From Bacteroidales bacterium (GTDB lineage: Bacteria; Bacteroidota; Bacteroidia; Bacteroidales; JAOZVK01): a stretch of DNA of 41,182 nucleotides. Every line of letters begins with the position of its first letter. Position 1 is the first letter of the stretch. The stretch spans positions 1-41,182 of the forward strand of contig JAOZVK010000003.1 in assembly GCA_029938185.1 (NCBI GenBank), in the 5' to 3' direction. The position numbers and the translations under genes are program-made. Positions 19,763 to 29,002 of this stretch are shown piece after piece. The notes beneath the pieces were generated by a model. That model ran no database searches. It had not been told where the DNA came from and saw only the letters and a program-made list of their open reading frames with translations.

Positions 19763-19952
19763 AACAAGAAAACAAAGCAAGACCAATAATTGAAGAAAAT
19801 ATAAATTGAGTTGATACTCTTATAACACTTTCAGCTGGTGGATATGTAGAAACTAAAGCAGAAAAAGCTGATGCTTTGGACTTAGCAGAAACTAAATTGA
19901 TTGAATTAATGCATAAGTTTGATTATCAGAATCAATTGAACAGAAAATGTTA
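19751..19952 (+). pseudogene. Gene fragment homologous to 37133-37327; possible C-terminus of PGING-type Cas7 (Csp1)
   Basis: ..KARPIIEENI*..TLSAGGYVETKAEKADALDLAETKLIELMHKFDYQNQL with an internal stop; family assignment is from recall only. Confidence 0.45.
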
Positions 19953-20112
19953 AATTTAAAATTCGTTGTTTTTTTGTAAAAATCTTAAAAATTTAATTTC
20001 GCACTTACAGTGCTTTTTTCTATTTTACATTTTTTTTCTACCATAATTTTGCATCTGCGATGCTACTTTAAGAATCCAATTTGCATAAATGATGCTGCTT
20101 AAATTGACAAAA

Positions 20113-20176
20113 GAGCCATAGGCTCAATATTATGGTAGAAATTACAAATTCATAATAAAAACAGAACCGTAGGTTC
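20113..20176. repeat. REP/IS200-type hairpin pair upstream of the tnpA relic
   Basis: GAGCC-ATA-GGCTC (20113-20125) and GAACC-GTA-GGTTC (20164-20176). Confidence 0.55.
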
Positions 20177-20229
20177 GATATTATGTTTGAATTTGATATT
20201 ATTAATCAATAAAAATAACACAATAATAT

Positions 20230-20325
20230 ATGGCAAATACATACACACAATTAAATGTTCATGCCGTTTTTTCGGTTCTTGGAAGAGAAAATATGTTGTT
20301 AGATAAATTTCGTCCAGAATTATTC
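20230..20325 (+). pseudogene. tnpA: IS200/IS605 TnpA (Y1 HUH) N-terminal relic, interrupted by a MITE
   Basis: MANTYTQLNVHAVFSVLGRENMLLDKFRPELF, a typical IS200-like TnpA N-terminus. Confidence 0.7.
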
Positions 20326-20434
20326 GGTTTATCAAGTTTATTTACGCATAAATTTATTATTGCTTTTTAATTAACTGATAATCAATATTGGTAAAACTAT
20401 TTATGCATAAGTAGCATTAAAGGCTCGAAGAGCC
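20326..20434. mobile_element. MITE family B, 109 bp, GG...CC ends, 8-bp target duplication
   Basis: AATTATTC at 20318-20325 and 20435-20442; the empty site is present at 38770-38777. Confidence 0.85.
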
Positions 20435-20470
20435 AATTATTCAAATATTTTACTTTTTTAAAATTATAAA

Positions 20471-20902
20471 ATGGAACAATATATTAAACAACTAATTAAT
20501 GATTTGAGAGATGCAGCACAGCGTACACGACCTATGAAAATGGAACTTGCTCCCGATTTGGAAGTTGTTAGAGGAGCAGAAGAGTATTTGTATGGCACGC
20601 AACATAAACTCGGTTCTCTTTTTGGTATTGAAAAAACAGCTTTTCCGCCTCTTACAAAGCTTAATAATAATCAATTAGAACAACTTGTACCCGAAATTGA
20701 ACGTTTATGGGCTAAATTTAATTTTTATCCTGTTTTTCCGGACAATTTGCCTGCAATTTATCGCTATAAACTACTGATTGATAAATGGGACGAGCCTATG
20801 CAATATGTAACATCAGGAAGCATGTATATTGAATTTTGTGAATACGAAACTGAAAATTGTCCTTTTCCAAAAGAGTATTGCATGTGTACCGATTTTGACT
20901 AA
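20471..20902 (+). CDS. Hypothetical Cys-cluster protein, 143 aa (same protein as 38806)
   Basis: Identical translation to 38806-39237; ends FCEYETENCPFPKEYCMC. Confidence 0.8.
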   Translation: MEQYIKQLINDLRDAAQRTRPMKMELAPDLEVVRGAEEYLYGTQHKLGSLFGIEKTAFPPLTKLNNNQLEQLVPEIERLWAKFNFYPVFPDNLPAIYRYKLLIDKWDEPMQYVTSGSMYIEFCEYETENCPFPKEYCMCTDFD

Positions 20903-21003
20903 GTCTTTGACCTATTTAATGTGGCTTACACATTTTTATAAATTACTATAAAGTAGCCAATTGTACAAAAACAAATGCCGAAAAACTTTTGTAAGACTAC
21001 TTA
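20900..21003 (+). mobile_element. MITE family A copy overlapping the stop codon
   Basis: taagtctttgacctattta...gccgaaaaacttttgtaagactactta. Confidence 0.8.
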
Positions 21004-21011
21004 ATAAATTG

Positions 21012-21159
21012 GGCTACCAGTTTTAAGTTAGACGCTTTTTAAACGCAAAGACACACAAAGTTTAACGCAAAGTTTCGCAAAGTTTTGCTAATCTTTACTT
21101 TAATTCTATGGTTAAAACTAATTGAAAAAACAAGACTGTCCAACTTCTGACGGGTAGCC
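21012..21159. mobile_element. MITE family C, 148 bp, IS1595-like ends, 8-bp target duplication
   Basis: TIRs GGCTACCAGTTTTAAGTTAGAC / GGCTACCCGTCAGAAGTTGGAC (17/22); ATAAATTG at 21004-21011 and 21160-21167. Confidence 0.85.
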
Positions 21160-21209
21160 ATAAATTGCAAATGGGATTTAATTTTCAAAATATAAATAAA
21201 TGAATATTG

Positions 21210-21339
21210 AAAAATAACCCGACCACCGAGCATCTTACGTGTTTTAGGTTAGTAGAGTCGGGATTTATGGTACCGAGCATCTTGATGTGTTTTCGGTTAT
21301 ACTAATGCAAATTTACAATTATATGATATTAAAATCAAA
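21210..21339 (-). ncRNA. Tandem-hairpin small RNA gene copy 2 (orphan, partly decayed)
   Basis: Homologous to 15984-16115; repeats 21225-21251 and 21272-21299; promoter TTTG-N20-TAAATTTG conserved. Confidence 0.6.
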
Positions 21340-21344
21340 TTTTA

Positions 21345-22244
21345 ATGAAAGAACATGAAAAAATTCAAAGACTAATTTATTTATTAAAATTATTGTCATC
21401 AAATATAGGATATTCACACAAGATGCTTGCCGAAAAAATTGGCGTAGTAGAAAGAACAATAAGAAGATACATAAATTCTTGTGAAAAAGCAGGCTTAGTT
21501 CTTAATAAAACAAACGGTTATTTTCGTTTAGAAAAAAACACACCTCATTTTAGAGAAATAAGTTCATTACTACACTTTTCCGATGAGGAGGCTGTTTTAC
21601 TTAACGAGGCGATAAATAAAATTGAGTTAAATTCAACTTCTACAATTAATTTAAGAAACAAACTATTTGCTCTATACAATTCAGACAGAATAAACTATCC
21701 AATTATAAAGAAAGAAGATTCTGGAAATGTAAAATTGATAATTGAAGCAATCAGAGCTAAAAAACAAATTAGAGTGATTAATTATAAATCATCTAACAGT
21801 GGAACTGTAATGGACAGGATTGTTGAACCTTTCGATTTTACAACAAACTATATTCATATTTGGGCTTATGAAAATGCATATTCAAAAAATTTCCTGTTTC
21901 GGGTTTCACGTATTGAAAATGTTGAGGTTTTAAAAGATGATTGGACAAATGAAAACAATCATAAAAAAGGAATAACCGATGTATTTAGAATGAGTGGAGA
22001 TACTAAAACCCCATTTGAATTAAAATTAACTACAGCCGGATACAATTATTTAATAGAACAATACCCTATGGCAAAACAATATATTGAAAAAAATAAGAAT
22101 AATATATATTTTTTGAACCATTGGTATGCTAATTTTCATGGAATAACAAAATTTATTTTGAGTGCAATGGATGAAGTTGAAATTATAAGTAACGAAAAAT
22201 TAAGAGATTACATAAATAATAAAATAAAAAACAAAATTTTTTAA
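21345..22244 (+). CDS. HTH-WYL domain transcriptional regulator
   Basis: N-terminal HTH (LAEKIGVVERTIRRYI), R.VEPF...IWAY...FRVSRI WYL domain, C-terminal WCX-like region. Confidence 0.92.
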   Translation: MKEHEKIQRLIYLLKLLSSNIGYSHKMLAEKIGVVERTIRRYINSCEKAGLVLNKTNGYFRLEKNTPHFREISSLLHFSDEEAVLLNEAINKIELNSTSTINLRNKLFALYNSDRINYPIIKKEDSGNVKLIIEAIRAKKQIRVINYKSSNSGTVMDRIVEPFDFTTNYIHIWAYENAYSKNFLFRVSRIENVEVLKDDWTNENNHKKGITDVFRMSGDTKTPFELKLTTAGYNYLIEQYPMAKQYIEKNKNNIYFLNHWYANFHGITKFILSAMDEVEIISNEKLRDYINNKIKNKIF

Positions 22245-22261
22245 TAATTATTAATGCAATT

Positions 22262-22294
22262 GACACAAGCTGTCCTACCTACAAACTACTTTTG
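22262..22294 (+). promoter_or_regulatory. Putative I-D operon promoter with palindromic operator
   Basis: GACA-caagc-TGTC at 22262-22274 where the -33 box would be; -7 box TACTTTTG at 22287-22294. Confidence 0.55.
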
Positions 22295-22431
22295 TAAACA
22301 TAAACAAATAGCAATGTATTACTATAAATATTTTTTTGTTTCTTCATAAGCAACTATTTGTTTGTGAGAGTTAGCATAAATGCATAAGCTATATAATAAT
22401 TGAACAAAAACTTTAACATACAATAATATAA

Positions 22432-25281
22432 ATGAAATATAAATTAACAGAAGAGTATTTTGAAACTTCAATTTTTCAAAAAACAGTTCAAGAATATTTT
22501 GATACTGTTTTAAAAGGCATTCTTAACTATAAAGATGTAATACAAGCCAAAGGACTTTTTATTATTGACGGAAAAGTTATGGCAGACCTATACGATATGC
22601 CATATCACATACATATTCTAAACGGACTTATTCCTTCCTTGTTTCTTTACGAAAAATTCCTTTCCGTTAGAGGATGGATAGGAAAAGATACAGAAAAAAA
22701 TAAGGAAGCAGAAATATATATAAAAACGTTTATACTTGGATTTACATTTCATGATGCTGACAAATTTACTGGAGCAAGTTGGACTAATGCTTTTAATGAA
22801 TTAGAGAAAATTAAAGATAAATTACTTGTATCAGAGTTTTTCCCCGAATTTGAAAACTATAAAAACGATGTGTATTTTTTAGCTTTGTCCACTGAAAATA
22901 GAACGGAAGTTAAAAAGAACAGATATGAAATAACTTTGGATTACAGACACTTAAATGAAATACTTGCACCTCTTTGCAATTTTGCAGATGGAATTGCTTC
23001 AATTCAGGAATTAGACGGTGTAGAAGTGTTTTATAAAGAGGCAGAAAAAGCGTTAGGAAAAATAAATCAAATTATTGATTTTAAAATTTCTTATATAAAA
23101 ATACACGAAAATCCTTACACACTTCTAAGTCAAAACTTATTGAATACCGCAGGCAAAGTATTGAAACAAAATGGACGTTCGATATTTTATACAATGCGAG
23201 ATGGTATTTTATTTTTCGGAAATGATTTGACAGATAAGGAAAAGGAACTGATTTTTGAAGAGTTTGAAAATAATCAATCGGATGATATTGACATAGGAAA
23301 ATTAGTAAAGGTAACAGCTCAACAAGCTGATTTATCTTCTATAGTTTCTATTGGAATAAGCGAATCAATACTAAATCAAATAATTCAAAATACTACAAAT
23401 AAATTCCTTTCACTCTCTCCAAACGGACAAGATAAAATTGAATATTTCGATGATTTCGTAAAATTTAATGAACTTCTTATTGAAAAGACCGAATTACCTA
23501 TAGATATTAAAATCAATAATAACAAATTATATTTGAATTTTTCTGAAACTGCATATGATGATAATGCTGAGTTCATCAAAATATTTGCTTTACAAAAAAT
23601 AATGTGGCAAAACGGAAAAATAAACAAAGTTTGGAGTAAAAGTTTTAACAACTTGATTACGTCAGATGAAGAATTAACTTTTGAAATTAATGAACAATTT
23701 CAAACAGGAGAAGATGAATATATTATATTAACAAAAATATCTGACCTAAAAAAATATTTTTCTTCAATAACAAAATCATCAAACGCTTTACTCAAAACAT
23801 ATATTTCAATAATAAAAGCCGTAAACATATTAAATACTTATGAAGATGACATTGACGACTGTATTAATGATTTATATAAAAATGTAATCAACTTCTTTTC
23901 TAATGACGAAAACGATGATAAAAGTGTTCTTTCTGAACTCTATAATAAATATTTCACATATAAAGGAAATAAAGATTTTTCTGCAATAATTGAAAATATG
24001 CCAATTGTTCCCATAAAAAAGAAAATGTGTGCATATACAGGAAAATTTGGAACAGAAAGATATGTTGAAAGCGTTGCTTTCGGGATGAATGCAAGAGGAT
24101 TTTCAAACCGGACTGTTGCATCATTGAAAAATAACATAAGCTTTGTTTCAAAGTTAATGGCAGAGGAGAATAAACTAAGAAAATCTTCTTTTGCTCGTCC
24201 AAAATCGAACCATGTTATATATTATGATTTTTTCGAAACGTCACTGGACATTAATCCCGATTTAATTAAAACTTGCATTAAATCAAGAAATCATGAAATA
24301 AGCAAAGATGGAATAGTAAAATTAGACAGAGCTGCAAAATTTCAGGCAAATTTAAAAAATTTGGAATTTACAGAAATAGGAAGTGATATGATAAGTGCAA
24401 TTTGGCTAGTTAGAAATAAACTTGTAATGGTTCAGAAATTAAATATCAGAATGTATATTACAGGTATAATGTCGCCATATCTCTCACATAAAGAGGTTTT
24501 TGTATATGAAAATGCACCACGCTTTATCAAAGATTTGAAGTGGAATATAATAAGGCTGCATGAAATACAAATGGTTCTTGACGAAATCAGTATTTTATTT
24601 GCACTTGGCAGAAGCCGAAAAAGTATAAATTCGGGTTTAGTTTTGAACTATGCAGGAAGTCCGAATTCGATTTTTCAGGCATTTTACCTTTTTGCAATGC
24701 AAAAAGAACAAAAAGAAGTTACAAATGTAGAGTATAAATTAATTGATTTTATAAATAAATATCCAAATAAATTTAAAAATATGACAACTATTGAAAAACT
24801 CGTTGACATTGCATTGAAAATAGATAGCAGTGCAAAAAGTGGTAGCGAGGAAACATGGCTGATACGAACAGCTTTAGATTTTTTAAGAAAAAATGTTAAA
24901 GAAAAACTCGGCAAAGAGGATACAATTCAGCAAATTGCAGGTAATATTTATAAAACAAAAAGATTGGAATACGCTGATGTTACTGTTATCGAAAATTTTG
25001 CAAGAGCTGTTTATGAAGAGCTTTATGAAAAACAATGGAAGAAATCGCTCCCGACAATTAACAGACAAAAAGATTGGATTTATCAATTTGGATTTGTTTT
25101 TAAACAAAAGTCTGTTCAAAGAATGAGACAATTAAAAGCCGCAAAAATCAAACGTGAAATAATAGAAAAAGGTTTAGAAGTAAATGAAGAAAACATTATA
25201 GCAAATTTGAAAAAAGATAAACTACAAAAATATGCCAACGAATATATAAAGTTAATTTTAAATAATGGTCTTGAACTATAG
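22432..25281 (+). CDS. cas10d: Type I-D large subunit Cas10d (N-terminal HD)
   Basis: 949 aa; HILNGL...FHDADK HD region; FSNR motif; followed by csc2, csc1 and a helicase-only cas3. Confidence 0.85.
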   Translation: MKYKLTEEYFETSIFQKTVQEYFDTVLKGILNYKDVIQAKGLFIIDGKVMADLYDMPYHIHILNGLIPSLFLYEKFLSVRGWIGKDTEKNKEAEIYIKTFILGFTFHDADKFTGASWTNAFNELEKIKDKLLVSEFFPEFENYKNDVYFLALSTENRTEVKKNRYEITLDYRHLNEILAPLCNFADGIASIQELDGVEVFYKEAEKALGKINQIIDFKISYIKIHENPYTLLSQNLLNTAGKVLKQNGRSIFYTMRDGILFFGNDLTDKEKELIFEEFENNQSDDIDIGKLVKVTAQQADLSSIVSIGISESILNQIIQNTTNKFLSLSPNGQDKIEYFDDFVKFNELLIEKTELPIDIKINNNKLYLNFSETAYDDNAEFIKIFALQKIMWQNGKINKVWSKSFNNLITSDEELTFEINEQFQTGEDEYIILTKISDLKKYFSSITKSSNALLKTYISIIKAVNILNTYEDDIDDCINDLYKNVINFFSNDENDDKSVLSELYNKYFTYKGNKDFSAIIENMPIVPIKKKMCAYTGKFGTERYVESVAFGMNARGFSNRTVASLKNNISFVSKLMAEENKLRKSSFARPKSNHVIYYDFFETSLDINPDLIKTCIKSRNHEISKDGIVKLDRAAKFQANLKNLEFTEIGSDMISAIWLVRNKLVMVQKLNIRMYITGIMSPYLSHKEVFVYENAPRFIKDLKWNIIRLHEIQMVLDEISILFALGRSRKSINSGLVLNYAGSPNSIFQAFYLFAMQKEQKEVTNVEYKLIDFINKYPNKFKNMTTIEKLVDIALKIDSSAKSGSEETWLIRTALDFLRKNVKEKLGKEDTIQQIAGNIYKTKRLEYADVTVIENFARAVYEELYEKQWKKSLPTINRQKDWIYQFGFVFKQKSVQRMRQLKAAKIKREIIEKGLEVNEENIIANLKKDKLQKYANEYIKLILNNGLEL
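24781..25281 (+). CDS. cas11d: Cas11d small subunit, internally translated from cas10d (predicted)
   Basis: In-frame ATG after A-rich aataaatttaaaaat; 166-aa helical domain; internal Cas11d translation is established for type I-D. Confidence 0.6.
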   Translation: MTTIEKLVDIALKIDSSAKSGSEETWLIRTALDFLRKNVKEKLGKEDTIQQIAGNIYKTKRLEYADVTVIENFARAVYEELYEKQWKKSLPTINRQKDWIYQFGFVFKQKSVQRMRQLKAAKIKREIIEKGLEVNEENIIANLKKDKLQKYANEYIKLILNNGLEL

Positions 25282-25339
25282 TTTTATTCAAAAAATAAAA
25301 TAGAGTTTTAAAAATAATATATAATAAAACAGTATAGAA

Positions 25340-26263
25340 ATGAAAAAAATATTTGATTTAATACCGAAAGAATATTTCGTAGAAAACCTGAAAGACAACA
25401 CCCTTGGAGTTGTAAAAATAGCATTATTACGAGAAGTAGTAAATCCGATGATTATCAGAAGTAATTTTGCTGATGAAACTATAACTTTTAAAGCAAATGA
25501 CGAAAAAGATTTAGTAGAAATTCCAGCAAGAAAGCTAAAAAGTAAAGAAAAACTAAGAGGCTTAAGAATTTGTAGAGAAATGAATGTAGTTGATAAAAGT
25601 TTGCGCTACAATGTTATACAAAAAAGTTTACATCTTGCAAATCCAAACTCCATTTTGTTTGGTGATTCGGTAACGGAAAGTAATGATGCAGTGGGTATAA
25701 CAAGTCGTGTTATTTACGATTGGGCATATTCGATACGTGATGTAAACGAAATAACAGATACTTTTCAGCACAATGCTTTAAGCGAAGGCGGAACAATGCA
25801 TGATGAAGTAAAAGGCGGTTTGAGACAATCTCTTTTTCAGGTACAATATGTTATGCCAAAGACATATTTTCCTCATTTTTTAACTTTAGAAAATGTTACT
25901 CCTGAGTTATTTGTACATATTTTATCATCGGTAATATACGAAACTCGCTACGGAGCACAAAGTACGACGCTTGGCTCAAATATGATAAACCACATTGTAG
26001 GAATAGGTTTTTCGAAATTTGAAGCACCTATAAACAGTTTTTCGATTGCGGATAATTGGACGGATAAAAAAGTAAATTTCGAAAATGTAAAATCTGCAAT
26101 AAATAAATCAATGAAAACATATTATAAAGATAATTACAAAGATGGTCTGCAATTTAAAAAATTAATTGACAATCTTTGGGAAAACAACGAGCTTCAACAA
26201 CATTATGATAAAGCAAAAGAAGATTGTACTAAATTATTAAAAGATACTAAAGTGATAAAATAA
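25340..26263 (+). CDS. csc2: Type I-D Cas7 (Csc2)
   Basis: PARKLKSKE, LFGDS, SRVIYDWAYS, RYGAQ motifs. Confidence 0.88.
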   Translation: MKKIFDLIPKEYFVENLKDNTLGVVKIALLREVVNPMIIRSNFADETITFKANDEKDLVEIPARKLKSKEKLRGLRICREMNVVDKSLRYNVIQKSLHLANPNSILFGDSVTESNDAVGITSRVIYDWAYSIRDVNEITDTFQHNALSEGGTMHDEVKGGLRQSLFQVQYVMPKTYFPHFLTLENVTPELFVHILSSVIYETRYGAQSTTLGSNMINHIVGIGFSKFEAPINSFSIADNWTDKKVNFENVKSAINKSMKTYYKDNYKDGLQFKKLIDNLWENNELQQHYDKAKEDCTKLLKDTKVIK

Positions 26264-26967
26264 TGGAAATAAAAGCAATAAAAATAAAATTGTTGAATCA
26301 CCTGTTTTATCATACCGAAATTTCAAACGGCTCGATTACAGGCGGTTTTTTGGGTGATTTGGCTTTAACTTATGCATTAAATAAAGCGTTAAATAATAAT
26401 GCCAATATTTATGAGCATCGCTTATTGCCTAAGTATTCAGAAATTAAAGAATTCGGATATTATTTTTCTGTAGCAAAACCTGTTGTACTTTCATCGGGAA
26501 AATACAATTATAAAAGCAAGCCAAGCAGAACGGGAAGCTATACCAGAAATACACTTTTTAATACAGACGGATTTTACGATATAAAAAGTATAGAAAAATC
26601 GGCAAAATCTCCTTTTAAAAACCTAATTCATACACAAGGAATTGCGCTTTCGAGCAAATACATTAAAAATGAATTTGTTACTTTATTGATTGCAAAAGAT
26701 AAAATAGAATTACCCCATACTTTAAGGATAGGTAACCAAAAAGAAACACTTTTGGAATTACAAGAACTAGATTTTAACAAAACAGATAATGATTTTTGGT
26801 TAAATGCATACACTCTTAAAGTGGTTTTTGATAATCTTAAAAAAGCTTCGGAAATTTCAATTGACGAAAATGGAACAATGAATTATCAATATATTTTAGA
26901 AAATTATGCTCTTATGAAGGGGTTTAGTAAAAATCAGGTCATTGAAATTTTTAAACATAATTATTAA
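26263..26967 (+). CDS. csc1: Type I-D Cas5 (Csc1)
   Basis: GDLALTYA and LP.TLRIG motifs; position after csc2. Confidence 0.8.
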   Translation: MEIKAIKIKLLNHLFYHTEISNGSITGGFLGDLALTYALNKALNNNANIYEHRLLPKYSEIKEFGYYFSVAKPVVLSSGKYNYKSKPSRTGSYTRNTLFNTDGFYDIKSIEKSAKSPFKNLIHTQGIALSSKYIKNEFVTLLIAKDKIELPHTLRIGNQKETLLELQELDFNKTDNDFWLNAYTLKVVFDNLKKASEISIDENGTMNYQYILENYALMKGFSKNQVIEIFKHNY

Positions 26968-26972
26968 ATCTT

Positions 26973-29000
26973 ATGAAAAATTTTTGTTTTAATATCAAAC
27001 CACAATATGTAAAGCAAACCAAAACAAAGGGTAAGTTCCCTGATGGTAAAGGCGGTTATAAAGAATTTCCTTTACATTTGGTTCAGAAACGAATGAAAGA
27101 AGACTTTGAAAAGTTTACAGACTTTACAATTATTACCGCTCCAACAGGAACAGGAAAAAGTTACGCCTTTCCTTTTCCTGTTCAAAACTCAAAGAAACAG
27201 AAGCATTTTGGAGGTTTACGTGATGGAAAAAAAGCTTTAATAGTTTTGCCAACAAATGCTTTGATTGACGAATTGCACGAAAATTTTACTGGTACTTTTA
27301 AGGAAATAAAAATAGGTAAACTTACAGGGAAATATATCACAGAATTACAAAAAAATGATGTGCAAAAAGGTACATTTACAAGGTTTACTAAAATACTTGA
27401 AATTTCGCAGCAGAATGATTTAATTATTACAAATCCCGATATTATTAATTATGCAATGCATGGTGGATACCATAAGTATAAAAGCAAAACAGGACGAAGA
27501 GAATTTCAAAACTTTTTGGAAGCTTTTGATTACATTGTATTCGATGAATATCATCTTTACGATGAAAGTCAAATTGCTAATATTCTTACTTTAACTTTCT
27601 TACGTGATATCTTCTTGGGCGAAAACAGAAAAATTAAATACTTTTTTGTGTCAGCAACTCCTGAACCCGGTTTGAAAGATATTCTAAAAACTTTTAATTT
27701 AGAATTTGAAGAGATAATTGAAAAAATTGTTGAAAATAAACAAAATGCAAGAGCAATTCACGGAAAATTAGAAATAGAAATTCATCAAACTACAAAATTT
27801 GCTCAACTTATTGAGAATAGATTTGAAGAAATTGAAGAACAAATTAAGGCAAAACGAAAGGTCTTGATAATTTTTGATAGAATAGCGGATTTATTTAATT
27901 TTTCTAAAACAATTTATGAAAAGTTTCCCAATTACAAAATTGTTAAAAGTACTGGATATGCTTCGAAAGAAGAATCTCAAAATGATTTAATAAAAACTGC
28001 AAATATTATTTTGGCAACCAACAAAGCTGAAGTTGGTGTAAACTATGAAGTTGAATATGCAATAATGCAACCGGGCAAATTTTATCGAAATTTTGTACAA
28101 CGTTTTGGTCGGGTTTCGAGAGGCGAAATGGAAGGTAAAATAATTGTAGCTGTAAAGGAAAATACAAGTTTCAACAGGCTTAAAAAAAATATTACCGAAA
28201 AAGAACTTGCTTATTATGATTTTTTGGAAAAAGCAAAAGAAGCATTTCAAAGCAAAAAATTTTATTCTGAAATTATACCTTCTTATATAGGAGAATATTT
28301 GTGGTGTATACAAAACAATTTGTATACGAAGGGAAATAAAAAATATTTGACAAAAGGAAACTACAGTACACTACAAGAGTTTAAAAGCAATATAAACAAA
28401 CTTGAATTTTTAAAAAATCCTAAATACTATATGCGTTTCAATTTGTTTCAAAATATTGATACACATATATCGAAGCTAAAAAATAATCACAAAGACGGAA
28501 TTACTGTTATTTCGATAATTGAATGGTGGGAAAAGTATAAAAATACATATTTAACTTTCAGAGATAATTCAAAAATAGTTGAAATTTATGACAAAGCACT
28601 TGATACAAATTTATCATATTCTTTGGAGTGGATTCTGCAATACAAAGAAATAATAGGAGAACCTGAAATTATTGTAAAAAAAGAGAATTACGAAATTGTT
28701 AAATATACAGTAGGTGAAATAAAGGAACGAGACAAAGACTTACAATACGAAATTTCCACAATCCCTACATTTACTGAAATACCTTGTATTTTGCATTACG
28801 ATGATTTATCTAATGATAGAAAAATTAAAGAAAGCTTCATAAGAAAGGTAGAAAAACTAAAAAGAAAATATAAAAAAGGATGGAATCCTATTGATAAACA
28901 ATTAGAAAATCTTTGTGAAAAGTTATTGGATTTATCAAATACATTCAACCGAAAAAGATTAAAAATAGAAAACATAATTTCAAACAATCAATTTTTATAA
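26973..29000 (+). CDS. cas3: Type I-D Cas3' helicase (no HD domain)
   Basis: APTGTGKS, PTNALI, TNPDI, DEYH, SATP, QRFGRVSR. Confidence 0.9.
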   Translation: MKNFCFNIKPQYVKQTKTKGKFPDGKGGYKEFPLHLVQKRMKEDFEKFTDFTIITAPTGTGKSYAFPFPVQNSKKQKHFGGLRDGKKALIVLPTNALIDELHENFTGTFKEIKIGKLTGKYITELQKNDVQKGTFTRFTKILEISQQNDLIITNPDIINYAMHGGYHKYKSKTGRREFQNFLEAFDYIVFDEYHLYDESQIANILTLTFLRDIFLGENRKIKYFFVSATPEPGLKDILKTFNLEFEEIIEKIVENKQNARAIHGKLEIEIHQTTKFAQLIENRFEEIEEQIKAKRKVLIIFDRIADLFNFSKTIYEKFPNYKIVKSTGYASKEESQNDLIKTANIILATNKAEVGVNYEVEYAIMQPGKFYRNFVQRFGRVSRGEMEGKIIVAVKENTSFNRLKKNITEKELAYYDFLEKAKEAFQSKKFYSEIIPSYIGEYLWCIQNNLYTKGNKKYLTKGNYSTLQEFKSNINKLEFLKNPKYYMRFNLFQNIDTHISKLKNNHKDGITVISIIEWWEKYKNTYLTFRDNSKIVEIYDKALDTNLSYSLEWILQYKEIIGEPEIIVKKENYEIVKYTVGEIKERDKDLQYEISTIPTFTEIPCILHYDDLSNDRKIKESFIRKVEKLKRKYKKGWNPIDKQLENLCEKLLDLSNTFNRKRLKIENIISNNQFL

Positions 29001-29002
29001 AC

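Noticed and set aside
21129-21141. Second WYL-operator-like site (acaagactgtcc)
   Set aside because: It lies at the right terminal repeat of MITE family C.
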